Shown: positions 45,454 through 56,860, counted from the first letter of the stretch. The stretch is 64,000 bases of DNA from an uncultured Actinomycetes bacterium (GCA_963766375.1 CAVXZG010000008.1:3853-67852), one strand, 5' to 3'. Numbers and translations: made by a program. The notes: generated by a model not told the origin, from the sequence alone.

Positions 45454-45741
45454 TTACTCCGGCTGGTCGACGGCGGTGCCGGGCCCGCGGGTGTGCCACT
45501 CGCGCAGCTCGAACCAGTGTGTGCCGCGGAGCGCCTCGGCGACCTGCGGGTCGGTGTGACGCGCGTAGAAGACGTTGTGGTCGAGATCGGCACAGATCGC
45601 CACCGTCTCCAGCGGCACGTCGACGAGCTCGGCGAGCGCCTCTGAGGGCAGCTTCGCCTCGGCGACGGTGTAGTGCATGAACTGAAGCTCCGGAGCGAGC
45701 TCCATCAGGTCAGGCCAGTCCGGGCAGGTGCGGGAGCTCAT
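45454..45741 (-). CDS. hypothetical protein (95 aa) translationally coupled to ferrochelatase
   Basis: ATGA overlap with the hemH stop (45738-45741). Good composition (CPDWPDLMELAPELQFMHYTVAEAKLPSEALAELV...); no family recognised. Confidence 0.65.
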   Translation of the reverse strand: MSSRTCPDWPDLMELAPELQFMHYTVAEAKLPSEALAELVDVPLETVAICADLDHNVFYARHTDPQVAEALRGTHWFELREWHTRGPGTAVDQPE

Positions 45742-46632
45742 CCGCCGCTCCTTCCAGGCACGACCGGCTGCTCCTTCCGCGCCCGCTCCACGACGTCCGC
45801 CAGCGCGCGCACGAACGCCGGGTCGTCGTTCAGCGATTCGATCCGCGCGAGCTCGAGCCCGAGCTCCTGCGCCTTCTCGCGCGCCTCGATGTCGAGGTCC
45901 CAGAGGATCTCGAGGTGGTCGGAGACGAACCCGACCGGCGCAACGAGCACCTTGTCCACGCCCTCGGCCCGCAGCCGCTCGAGCTCCTCGAGCACGTCCG
46001 GCCCCAACCAGGGCTCGCCGGTCGAGCTCGCGCTCTGGAACGCGAACGACCAGCGCCCGAGGCCCGCACGCTCGGCGACCAGGCGAGAAGTCTCCAGCAG
46101 CTGCTCGCGATAGGGGTCGCCGTCGGCGAGGATCCGCTCAGGAAGCGAGTGCGCAGTGAAGACGACCCAGGCGTCGGTCCCGCGCACGCGGTCGGCGAGC
46201 ACGTCGACGAACGCCGGCTCGTCGTGCCAGCTCTCGACGAGCACGAGCTCGGCCCGGTCGGCCAGCGCCTCCTCCAGCCGCTCGCGGTACCCACCGATCG
46301 ACAGGCGCGAGTAGTGCGGCGCAAGCACGAGGCCGACGATTCTCGTGGCCCCTGCCGCCAGCGCCGCCTCGACAGCTTCGGAAATCCGAGGCCGCCAGTG
46401 CTTCATCCCGACGAAGACCGGCGTGCCGAGCTCCTGCTCCAGCGCCGACCGCTGCGCCTCGGTCACATCGTCGAGCGGTGAGCGTCCGCCGATCCGCCGG
46501 TAGCGCTCCGCCAGCTCCTCCACCGCCTCGTCCGAGACCGGCCGGCCGCCCCGCACGTCCTCGAGGTAGGGCCGCACGTCCTCCGGCTCGCGACGGGCTC
46601 CCGTACGCCATCAGGACGACCGCGTCGGTCAC
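45738..46632 (-). pseudogene. hemH: ferrochelatase (coproporphyrin/protoporphyrin type undetermined), one frame break as assembled
   Basis: VTDAVVLMAYGSP, then a break near 46592, then EPEDVRPYLEDVRGGRPVS...MKHWRPRI...FTAHSLP...PVGFVSDHLEILWDLD. No C-terminal Cys cluster. Confidence 0.85.
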
Positions 46633-47658
46633 GCTGCCACCGGCCTCGATGAGTGCACGAGCTCAACGAGGCGGCGCAGGTCGCCAGGATCCGTCTCGGG
46701 GAGCACGCCGTGGCCGAGGTTGAAGATGTGGCCCGGGCGCCCGCCAACCGACTCGAGGATCCGCAGGGCGGACGCCTCGACACGCGACCACGGGCCGAGC
46801 AGCAGCGCCGGCTCGAGGTTCCCCTGCACGCCGCGTTCGGAGCCGACGAGCTCCCAGGCGCGATCGATCGGGATCCGCCAATCGACGCCGATCACGTCGC
46901 CGCCGGCCTCGGCCATCTCCTCCAACAGGTGCGTGGTCCCCGTGCCGAAGTGGATCGTCGGCACGTCGACCGAAGCCAGCACCTGCGCCGAATAGGGCGC
47001 GACGAACTCGCGGTAGTCGTCCAGCGAAAGCGCGCCGACCCACGAGTCGAACAGCTGGATCACGTCGGCGCCCTGCGCGAACGCAACCACTGAGGTAGAG
47101 CGCGAACGTCGCCGCCAGCTTCTCCATCAGCGCGTGCCAGACCTCCGGCTGGCCGTACATGCACGCCTTGGTCAGCTTGAACTCCCGCGTCGGCTTGCCC
47201 TCGATCAGGTACCCGGCCACGGTGAAGGGGCCGCCCGCAAAGCCGATCACCGCCTGCTCGGGCCCGAGCGCCTCGCGCACGAGCCGCACGGCCTCGAGGA
47301 TGAACGGCACCGATTCCTCCGGCTCCGGCACGGTCAGACGCTCCACGTCCGCGGCCGAGCGCACCGGCTCGGCGATCACCGGCCCGACGTTCTCGACCAG
47401 CTCGACGTCCACGCCCATGCCGAGCACCGGCAGCATGATGTCGGCGAACATCACCGCCGCGTCCACGCCGTGGGCGCGCACGGGCTGCAGCGTCACCTCT
47501 GCGCAGAGCTCCGGCCGGCGGCAGACCTCGAAGAGCCCGTGCTGCTTGCGGATCTCGCGATATTCCGGAAGCGAGCGGCCCGCCTGGCGCATGAACCAGA
47601 CCGGCGTTCGCTCGACCGGTTCACGCCGGCAGGCTCGTACGAGTAGCGGATCGGACAC
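46629..47658 (-). pseudogene. hemE: uroporphyrinogen decarboxylase, one frame break as assembled
   Basis: ERTPVWFMRQAGRSLPEYR...GFAGGPFT in one frame. After ~47093 GADVIQLFDSWVGAL...NLGHGVLPETD follows in another. Its TGA overlaps the hemH GTG. Confidence 0.9.
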
Positions 47659-47668
47659 GCTCGCCAGC

Positions 47669-48890
47669 CTAGCCTTCGCCCGTGTGCTCGCCGGCCGGCA
47701 ACTCCCAGGTGCCGCCCAGGCGGATCGAGCCGCCGCCGGTCGAGTCGCTGCTGAAGACGCTCAGCTCGAGCGCGCGCTCGGCGAAGGCGAGCTCTCCCGC
47801 CCCGTCCCCGGCCCTCACGGCCACGTCGACGAAGAAGCGGCCCTCGCGCAGCGGCAGCCCCGGGAAGTGGAGCCGCAGACGCTCGAGCTGCCGGGGTCGA
47901 AGGCGCACGCCGTCTACGCTCTGCGACCCCAGCGCCTCGCCACGCGCATCGCGGAAACCGACGATCACGCGACCCTCTTCGAGCCCCTCCTCCGCGTAGA
48001 GCCAGATCTCGAGCGCCACGGGCTCACCTTCGGTGAAGCGATCCCGGATCGAGCCGTCGCCGGCGACCGCGCGAACCTCGTGAACCCGGGATGGGCCTTC
48101 CACTCCCCCGTTCCCGCGGGCCGAGGCTCTCTGCCGCGGTGCTGAGGATTCGACTGTGGTAGGCACGAACCACGTCCTCCGCAGGCCCGGCTTCGACGCA
48201 GCGCCCGTGCTCGAGCATGATCGCCCGGTCACACACGCGCTCGACCGCGGTCTGGTCGTGCGAGACGAAGACGATCGTGCCGCCCCCGCGCTTGTACTCC
48301 CAGATCTTCGCGAAGCACTTCTGCTGGAACGCCTCGTCCCCGACCGCGAGCACCTCGTCGAGCAGGAGCACGTCGGGCTGCACATGCATCGCCACCGAGA
48401 AGCCGAGCCGCATGTACATCCCGGACGAGTAGGTGCGCACGGGCACGTGCGCGAAGGCCTCGAGCTCGGCGAAGTGGATGATCTCGTCGAGGTGCTCGTC
48501 CACGTAGCTGCGCTTGAGCCCGTAGATCGCCGCGTTCAGGTACACGTTCTCGACGCCCGTGAACTCCGGGTGGAAGCCGGCGCCGATCTCGATCAGCGAG
48601 CCGACGCGCCCGCCGACCTGGAGCTCGCCGGTCGAAGGCGCGAAGATCCCGGCCAGCAGCTTCAGCAGCGTCGACTTGCCCGAGCCGTTCGGGCCGACGA
48701 TGCCAAACGCCTCGCCCGGGTGCACCTCGAGGTCGACGTCCTGCAGAGCCCAGAGCTCACGCGTCTGCGGCCGCTCCCGGCGCAGGATCGCCTCCTTCAG
48801 GGACCGGTTCTGCGTGAGCCGGATCACGAACCTGCGCCCGAGCCCTCGGCCGCGGATCTCACCCGGTGCGACCGTGGCCGGGCCTCTCAT
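47669..48890 (-). pseudogene. wzt: polysaccharide/teichoic-type ABC exporter ATPase (Wzt/TagH-like) with C-terminal beta-sandwich-like extension, one frame break as assembled
   Basis: Walker A GPNGSGKST, signature YSSGMYMRL and Walker B LLLDEVL. After ~48125 a ~140-aa extra domain follows (VHEVRAVAGDGSIRDRFTEGEPVALEIWL...FFVDVAV...). It resembles Wzt C-terminal glycan-binding domains. Confidence 0.8.
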
Positions 48891-48891
48891 C

Positions 48892-49722
48892 TCAGAGCTC
48901 GATCGCGAGGCGGTCCTCGTAGCGCTGCACCACCCAGAGGCCGAGCAGCGCCGTGAGCGGACCGACGAGGAAGATGTAGGCGAGCAGGGCCGCCCCCGGC
49001 ACCACCGCCTGGAGCGTGACCGCGCGAATCCCCTCCACGTACGGGGTGATCGGGTTCCCGTACCGGAGCAGGTAGATCAGCGGCCGGTGTTCGGCAGCGC
49101 CCGGAAGCTGCTCGAGCCCGTAGAGCACCGGAGTCAGGAAGAACCAGGGCAGGAAGACCACCGCGAGCAGGTGCTCGACGTCGCGGTAGAAGACGTTGGC
49201 GACCGAGAAGATCCAGGCGAGCCCGAGCGCCAGGCAGAGCAGCGCCGCGAAGAAGGGGATCACGAGCACGAGCGTCCGAGCCGTCTCCGGCACGACGATC
49301 AGGTTCACCGGGATCAGGATCGCGAACATGATCCCGGCCACGAGCGTCTGGGCGAGCACGGCCGCGGTCGGTATCAGCTCGCGCGGGAACCACACCTTCT
49401 TGATCAGCTCCGCGCTCGAGATCAACGAGGCGCTGCCGAGCTGCAGCGAGGCCTGGAAGAAGCCCCAGACGGCGAGGCCGGTGAGCACGAACAGCGGGTA
49501 GTGCGGGATGTTCCCGGCGGTCTTCCAGAGCACCGAGAAGAGAAGCGTGTAGACGCCCATCATCGCGAGCGGGTAGATGAGCGCCCAGACGATCCCGAGC
49601 GCAGAGCCCTTGTAGCGGACGCGAATCTCGCGCCTGAGGAGAGTCCGGAGGAGCTCGCCGTAGCTCGTCAGCCAGCCGAAGCTGGGCAGAGCGGAGCTCC
49701 TGGCAGCGGTGTCGACGGCCAC
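48892..49722 (-). CDS. wzm: ABC-2 type polysaccharide exporter permease (Wzm/TagG-like)
   Basis: LLRREIRVRYKGSALGIVWALIYPLAMM is the ABC-2 N-terminal signature; six helices. The stop lies 1 nt before the wzt start. Confidence 0.85.
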   Translation of the reverse strand: MAVDTAARSSALPSFGWLTSYGELLRTLLRREIRVRYKGSALGIVWALIYPLAMMGVYTLLFSVLWKTAGNIPHYPLFVLTGLAVWGFFQASLQLGSASLISSAELIKKVWFPRELIPTAAVLAQTLVAGIMFAILIPVNLIVVPETARTLVLVIPFFAALLCLALGLAWIFSVANVFYRDVEHLLAVVFLPWFFLTPVLYGLEQLPGAAEHRPLIYLLRYGNPITPYVEGIRAVTLQAVVPGAALLAYIFLVGPLTALLGLWVVQRYEDRLAIEL

Positions 49723-49773
49723 GCGGGCAGGATACTCAGCCGCTTACCGTGCTTTGACAGACTGATCTGCCGA

Positions 49774-50783
49774 ATGGCTCCGCTGCGCGTCGGCATCGAC
49801 GTCTCGTCGCTCGCGCTGACGCGGGCCGGCACGGCGCGCCACATCGAGTCGTTGCTCGAGGCGCTCGAGGACGAGCCGGAGCTCGAGCTGCACCGCTACG
49901 AGTTCGGCGGCTCGAGCCGCGCGCTCGTGCCGCTGCGCGATCTCGCCTGGTACTTCGCGGCCCTCCCGGCGAAGGCGCAGCGAGACGGCGTGGACGTGCT
50001 TCACTGCCCGACCCACCGCGCTCCGGGGCGCTCGCCGGTCCCGCTCGTCGTCACCTTCCACGACCTGGCCGTCCTGCGCTATCCGGAGACGTTCAACCGC
50101 TGGACACGCGCGTACAGCCGGCGAGCGCTCCCGCGCGTAGCGAAGGCGGCGCGGCGGCTGATTGCGGTCTCCGAGTTCACGAAACGCGAGCTGATCGAGG
50201 TGCTCGACGTGCCCGAGGAGAAGGTGCGCGTGATTCCGAACGCTGTCGGCCCGCCCTTCGAGAGCGCAGGGCGAGGCGGCCGCGGGCGACTACATCCTCG
50301 CGGTCTCGACGCTGGAGCCGCGCAAGAACCTGCCGCGCCTCGTCGAGGCCTACCGGCGGGCTCGCCTGAACGGGCTCGAGCTCCTGGTCGCGGGCGCGCC
50401 AGGCTGGGGCGACGTGCGGGTCGAGGGAGACGGGATTCGCCTGCTCGGCGAGGTACAGGACGTCGAGCTGGCCCGCCTCTACCGCGGCGCACGCTGCGTC
50501 GCCTACGTCTCGCTCTACGAGGGCTTCGGGCTGCCGATTCTGGAGGCGATGGCGTGTGGAGCTCCCGGTCGTCGCCGGGCGCAACGGGGCTTCCGAGGAG
50601 ATCGCGGGCAGCGCGGCAGTGCTCGTCGATCCGCTCGACCCGGACGCAATCGCGGCCGGGCTGGCCGAGGCGATTGACCGAGCCGACGAGCTCCGGGCCC
50701 TCGGCCTGCAACGAGCGCGCGCCTTCGACTGGCGCGAGGTCGCGGGTGCGACCGTCGAGGTCTACCGTGAGGCCGCTGCGTGA
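49774..50783 (+). pseudogene. GT4 family glycosyltransferase (1), two frame breaks as assembled
   Basis: MAPLRVGIDVSSL...TFHDL...EFTKRELIEVLDVPEEKVRVIPNAV; breaks near 50272 and 50567. GT4 core YEGFGLPILEAMACGAPVVAGRNGASEEIAG. Confidence 0.8.
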
Positions 50784-51827
50784 GCCGACCGCTCATCGTG
50801 ATCGACGCCGACGTGCTCGGGCGGCAGCGCACCGGCGACGAGACATACATGACCGGGCTCTTGCGCGAGCTCGCCTCCTCGGATCTCAGGCTCGCCGCGG
50901 TCACACGACACCCCGAGCTCGTCCCGAAGGGCATCGAGCCGATCGAGCTCCAGGCGAGCAGCCAGGTCCTGCGGATGTCAATCGGCCTGCCGCGGCTGTT
51001 GCGGCGCCTCCGCCCTGCGCTCGCGCACTTCCAGCACTCGCTGCCGCTCGCCTGCCCGACCCCGGCGGTCGTGACCGTGCACGATCTCTCGTTCGAGCGA
51101 GACCCATCGGTGATGGGGCGGCGCGACCGGCTGATCTTCCGAACCGTGGTGCCGCGCTCGGCGCGGCGCGCAGCGCGGGTGCTCGCGGTCTCGGAGCGGA
51201 CAAAGCGCGACCTGATCGAGCTCTACGACATCCCCGAGGAGAAGGATCGTCGTGACGCCGAACGGAGTCGACCCGGCCTTCACACCCAACGGGCCAAAGG
51301 CGGACGGCGAGCCGTACGCCCTCTTCGTCGGCGCGCTCCAGCCGCGCAAGGACGCAACCGCCGCGATCGAGGCGCTGGCGTTGTTGGGCAACGGGGCTCT
51401 GCGGTTGGTCGTGGTCGGCCAGGACAAGGGCGGACGCGCCGAGGCCGAGCAGGCAGTCGAGCGAAACGGCCTCGCAGGGCGCGTCGAGTTCCGCGGCCAC
51501 GTGCCACAGGAGGAGCTCGCCGCGCTCTATCGCGGCGCGGCTTGCCTCGTCTTCCCATCGCGCTACGAGGGGTTCGGCCTCCCGGTGGTGGAGGCGATGG
51601 CTTCGGGCACGCCGGTGGTGGCGACGACCGCCGGCGCGCTCCCCGAAGTCGCCGGCGGCGCCGCCATCCTCGTCGAGGAGCGCAACCCGGTCGCCCTCGC
51701 GGGCGGGATCGAGCGGGCGATCGCCGACCGGGAGCGGCTCGTCGCCGCGGGCCTCGAGCGGGCGCGGCACTTCACCTGGGCGGAAACGGCACGCCGGACG
51801 CTCGAGGTCTACCGGGAGCTTCTGTGA
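50780..51827 (+). pseudogene. GT4 family glycosyltransferase (2), one frame break as assembled
   Basis: GTGA overlap with GT4(1). VIDADVLGRQRTG...VHDLSF...ERTKRDLIELYDIPEEK; break near 51245. YEGFGLPVVEAMASGTPVVATTAGALPEVAG. Confidence 0.8.
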
Positions 51828-52576
51828 GTGTCGCCGCCATCGTGATCTGGACTCCGGGCGACCCCGATCCGGCCCCGTGCCTCGAGTCGCTCGCGCCGCA
51901 GGTGGACGAGCTCGTGCTGGTCGCCAACCCGGGCGGTGCGCCGTTCCCGGCCGGCGCGCGAGTGATCGAGAACGAGCGCACGCTCGGCTTCGGTGCCAAC
52001 ATCAACCGCGGCGTTGCCGCAACGAGCGCGGCATTCGTGGTCGCCTCCAACCCGGACATCGAGGCCACTCCCGGCTCGATCGCCACCCTCCGTGAATTCG
52101 CCGAAGCACATCCGCGCGCGGGGATGGTCGGCCCGCAGCTCCGCTATCCGGACGGCCGCTGGCAGCCGTCGCGCCGCAGCTTCCCGACGGTGCGGGGCAC
52201 GATCGTGCGCCGAACGCCGCTCCGACGCCTGCTCCACCCCGAGCGCCGGCAACGTCGGCACTACCTCCTCGACGAGCGGCCGACCCAGCCAACGCAGTCG
52301 GAGTGGCTGCTGGGCGCGTTCCTGTTCCTGCGTCGGGAGCTGCTCGTGGAGCTCGGGGGCCTCGACGAGGGCTACCGCCTCTACGGTGACGACATCGACC
52401 TTGCCTACCGAGCACGCAAGGCCGGCTGGGAGCGCTGGTACGTGCCGGAGTCGATCGTGATCCACCATCACCAGGCCGTCACCGACCGCCGCTTCCTGAC
52501 GCGGCGCACGCTCTGGCACTGGCGCAGCATCGCCCGCTTCGTCCGCAAGCATCCCGAGAGCCTGCGAGCGCTCTGA
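51824..52576 (+). CDS. GT2 family glycosyltransferase (rhamnosyl/galactosyl-transferase-like)
   Basis: GTGA overlap with the upstream stop. IVIW...NERTLGFGANINRG...ASNPDIEA...GAFLFLRRELLVELGGLDEGYRLYGDDIDLAYRARKAGW. 250 aa, intact. Confidence 0.8.
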   Translation: MSVAAIVIWTPGDPDPAPCLESLAPQVDELVLVANPGGAPFPAGARVIENERTLGFGANINRGVAATSAAFVVASNPDIEATPGSIATLREFAEAHPRAGMVGPQLRYPDGRWQPSRRSFPTVRGTIVRRTPLRRLLHPERRQRRHYLLDERPTQPTQSEWLLGAFLFLRRELLVELGGLDEGYRLYGDDIDLAYRARKAGWERWYVPESIVIHHHQAVTDRRFLTRRTLWHWRSIARFVRKHPESLRAL

Positions 52577-52590
52577 GTACGCTTGCGCCC

Positions 52591-54627
52591 ATGTCTGAGC
52601 GGGCTCCAGGAGTCAACGTCGTGGGCTTCTTCAAGGCCGAGTTCGGCCACGGAGAGGCGGCGAGGCGCATCGTCGCCGGGATCGAGCAAGCGGGGATCCC
52701 GTTCTCGACGGTCACCATGCGTGCGCCTCACCACCGCGAGCGACACGCCTTCGACGAGCGCTCCTCCGCCGAGGTCTACGGGACGAACGTCGTCTGCCTC
52801 AACCCGGAGCACATCCTGGAGTTCGCCGAGGCCGGCGGCCGGGACCTGCTCGCAAGCCGGTACACGATCGGCGCCTGGTGCTGGGAGGGCAGCCGCTTTC
52901 CTCCTTCACTCCACGGCGCTTTCAGGCTCGTCGACGAGATCTGGGTCGCGAGCGAGTTCGTCGCCGGGCTGATCTCGGCGGAGACCGAGAAGCCCGTGCT
53001 CCGGTTCCCGATGCCCGTGGAGGTGCGCGACCCGCCGAGCTCTGTCGCGGAAGGATCTCGGCCTCCCGGACGACCGCTTCGTCTTTCTCTTCGTCTACGA
53101 CTTCTTCAGCACGCTCGAGCGGAAGAACCCGCTCGGCCTGATCGAAGCGTTCAAGCGCGCCTTTCCGCCGGGCTCGGGCCCAATCCTCGTCCTGAAGAGC
53201 ATCAACGGCCGCAAGAAGCGCGAGGAGCTCGAGCGCGTGCGGGAGGCTGCGGCCACGCACCCCGACATCCGCGTCGTCGACGAGTTCGTCGCGGCGGAGC
53301 ACGTGCAAGGGTTGACGGCGCTCTCTGACTGCTACGTCTCGCTCCACCGCAGCGAGGGCTTCGGCCTCACGATCGCCGACGCGATGGCGTACAGGAAGCC
53401 CGCCATAGCGACCCGCTACTCGGGCAACTTGACCTTCATGCACGACGACAACAGCTACCTCGTCGGTGCCGGCCTCGCGACGGTGCCGCCAGGCATCCCG
53501 AACTACCCGGCCGGAAGCGTGTGGGCGGACCCGAACCTGGACGAGGCGGCGGCGCTGATGCGGCGAGTCGTCGAGAACTCCGAAGAAGCAGGTGCGCGCG
53601 CCGCGCGCGGACGGGACACGATCGTCGAGGAACATTCGCTCGACCGAATGGCCGAGTTCGCCGGACAGCGCCTGGCGGAGGTCGCGGAGCTGGAAACCGA
53701 CCGCACCTCAGCCGAGACTCCGGCCGAGCTCGCCGAGCAATTCCTCATCCAGGGCCCGTCGGTTCCTTGGGACGTGCCGTCCGCCCGGCTCGGGCCGCTC
53801 GGAGTCTATGCGCGCAAATTTCTCCACCGGTTCCTGCGCCCATACCTCCTCCGGCAGCGCGAATGGGAGTCGGCGGTGGTCGACGCCCTGCGGCAAAGCG
53901 AGGTGATCGCGGAACGTCACGCACAGCGTATCGCCGAGCTCCTTGACCTCCGCGAGCGCTTCGATCACCTCGAAGCTCAGCTCTATGCTCGGCCGTACGC
54001 TGCCGAATTGCATGAAGAGTTGGCAGGCGCGGCAGCCGAGTACCGGAGCTTCGAGGACGTGTTCCGCGGCCCGGAGGAGCGGATCCGTGAGTTGCTTGTC
54101 CCTTACGTCGACCTTCTGCGCGAGCCACGAGCCCGTGCTCGACGTGGGCTGCGGACGAGGCGAGCTGCTCGACCTCCTGCGCGAGGAAGGGATCGAGGCC
54201 CTGGGCGTCGACATCGACGAGGGCATGGTCGAGCGATCGCGCGAGAAAGGCCACTCGGTCGAGCTCGCTGACGCCGTCGACTACCTCGAGCGCCAGCCGG
54301 ACGAGAAGTTCGGCGCGATCGTGGCCATCCACGTGATCGAGCACCTCCCCTACGAGGACCTGCTGCGGTTCCTCGAGCCTCGCGCGTGAGAAGCTCGCCC
54401 CGGGCGGCTTGCTGGTCGTCGAGACCGTCAACCCCCATTCGCTCCAGGCGTTCAAGACCTTCTGGACCGACCTGACCCATCGCGCGCCAATCTTCCCCGA
54501 GGTCGCGGCGGCGCTCGCCACGATCCAGGGCTTCGCGTCCGTGCGGGTGATCTTCCCGCGAGGCACCGGCGACGACGACGTCGACCTGCGCGAGGAGACA
54601 GAGTACGCGGTCGTCGCAGTGCGCTAG
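52591..54627 (+). pseudogene. GT4-like glycosyltransferase fused through a helical/coiled region to a class I SAM methyltransferase, three frame breaks as assembled
   Basis: N-terminus VNVVGFFKAEFGHGEAAR...; RKNPLGLIEAF...SEGFGLTIADAMAYRKPAIATRYSG. Helical segment ...REWESAVVDALRQSEVIAERHAQRIAELLDLRERFDHLEAQLY..YRSFEDVFRGPEERIRELLVPYVDLL. MTase motifs VLDVGCGRGELL...VAIHVIEHL...GGLLVVET. Breaks near 53040, 54120 and 54377. Confidence 0.7.
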
Positions 54628-56860
54628 CGGTTCGAGACCGGCGGCCCGTTCGGCGGCCGGTAAACGACCCGCACGAACCTGATTCCGAGGCTGCGCGTGT
54701 CGCCGTTCTTGATCGTCGCGCCGGGGACAGCGGTCGGAGATACGCCGTAATTCACGCGACAGATGCGGTCCTGGTCCGGCACGACCGGTACGGTGAACGG
54801 CACGTAGAAGTGTCCCGGCCGGACAACCTTCTTGTAGAGCTTCTTCCCGACGGTGGCCGTGATCGTCTGGGGGAACGGATGGCTCAGGGGATCGCTCGTC
54901 AGCCGGACCGTCACCGTCCCGCCGGTACAGCGGTACTGGGTGTATCCGCACCGTCGCCCCAGACCAAAGGTCCGGATAGAGCCCCACGAGCTCCGCACGC
55001 ACCTTGATCGGGCCGTCGACGCGGTAGACAGTCATCCCGAGCCCCTCATCCCGAGCTACCGGCGTACCGGCGACGATCATCGAGGGATCCGCCAGAACGT
55101 ACTTCGCGCGGATCGGCTGATTCGTGAACGTCACGGCCCCGCTCGGCTCCAGAACCACGGTTCCTTGCGGCAGCCCGTCCGGCGAGCCGGCGAAGTTGTA
55201 GATGTAGCCGACGCTGCGGTTGAAGAACTCGTTGTCCCAGAGCGTCACGTATGCCGCCCGGCCCGACCACAAGGCCGCAACGTCGGGCTTCGTGCCGACC
55301 GCGCGCTCGATCCAATCTCGTTTCGCCTGAATCCCGCCCAGGAGCGCCTGCGTCGATGCGAGCTCAGTCCGTCGGTGCACAGGCCCGTTCGCAACCACGA
55401 ACGCCAGAAACACCACCGCAGGCAAGGCCATCCCGAACCGCGGCGGCGTCAGCAAGAAGAGCGCCGCAGCGACAACGGCGCCCGCGATGATCAGCGTCTG
55501 GAGTTGCGGCGCCGCGACGATGTGACGGTCGAGCACGCTCTGCAGCGGCAGCAGCGAGAAGGCGTCGTTCGCCGCCGAGGCCCCGATGAAGGAGCCAAAC
55601 GGCATCGCCCCGATGCAGGCGACGGCGAGCATCGCCGCCACCGCCGCCGCCGTCCGCCTGCGCCAGAGAAGCCCACCCCCGACACACGCGACCAGGGCAA
55701 CGAGAAACAGCGGATCGAGGTACATCATGTTGCGCTCCTCGATCCGAAGCGCATACGGCGTCGAGGCGAACGCCGCGACTCCGATGAGAACCCAGGTCGC
55801 GCTCGAGAGCGCGACCACGGCGAACAACCTGCAGCTTGCGATTGGGCTCACGCGGATCGAGGCCGGCGAAGATGACGAGTAGCAGCGCGGCAAACGGAAT
55901 CACCGCGAGCGAGAACGCGAGCTCGCCAATGTGGTACACGAGCCAGTGACTGACCCTCGTGACCGAGTAGTGCTCGGCGCTGAGGCTCGAGTAGGGGCCG
56001 AACAGCGCCTCTCCCCAGGTCTTGCCCCTGACGACGAGCTCGAGCACGAGGAATCCGCAGGCGCCGGCCGCGAAAATCAGCCAGGTGACCAGGTATGGGC
56101 GGGCTGCGCGGACGAGCGCGCGTCCGAACGACCGGTCTCGGTCCACGATCGCGTCGAGAATCGTCACGAGAACGAGTGCCGAGATCAGCGCAGGCAGCAG
56201 CATGAGCGCCTGCGGACGAGTGAAGTACGCGAGCAGCAGCAGCGCGATCGCCCCGAGCTGACGCATCACCGTCGGGGCTTCGAGCATCCGTAGCATTGCC
56301 CAGCACCAGAACGCGAAGATCGGGAGGAAGGCGTTCTCGGTCATGATCCCGGCCGTGTAGGTGAGAGCCGGATGCGCGACGACGAGAAGCGCTGCCGTCA
56401 GCGCCAGCCAACGGCCCACGAACCGGCGCGCGATCAGGTAGGTCGGCACCGCGGCCAGCGACATCACGACGCAGTTGATCGCCTTCATCACCGCGTACGC
56501 AGCGGGGACGTTCGAGGTCAGCGCGTACGCGGGCGAGAGCAGCACCGGATAGACGAAGCCGAAACCTTCCCGTCCGGGGATATGGCGGATCGCGAAGTGC
56601 CCCGTCATGCCGAAGCTCTTGGCGAGCTCCGCGTAGAGCAGCTCGTCGGTCCAGGTCCACGGCGACGGGTACCCGCGGGTGAGGATGAAGCGAACGACTG
56701 CGGAAAGGGCCACCAACCCACCGACCAGGAGCCAGACCGGCAGCGCGTCGACTCGCTCGAGGACGCTAGCGCGCCCCGGGTGAGCGGTGCCTCGAGCCCC
56801 GCCGACGCTTGCCGAATCGGCGCCGACGGGCTCGTGGCTTCCGTCGAGATCCCTTGTCAA
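54624..56860 (-). pseudogene. large polytopic GT-C-like (ArnT/PMT-like) membrane glycosyltransferase candidate, two frame breaks as assembled
   Basis: TTGA overlap with the DUF2304 stop. The first periplasmic-loop motif WTDELLYAELAKSF (D-E) is typical of the GT-C fold. More than 12 helices and a C-terminal soluble domain (YTQYRCTGGTVTVRLTSDP...). Breaks near 55830 and 54943. Confidence 0.65.

Noticed and set aside
48559-51255. The 898-aa plus-strand ORF.
   Set aside because: Its first ~400 codons are antisense to wzt/wzm and look like shadow sequence. Its tail is an out-of-frame read into the next glycosyltransferase. Only the segment from ATG 49774 to about 50270 is genuine GT4 sequence.
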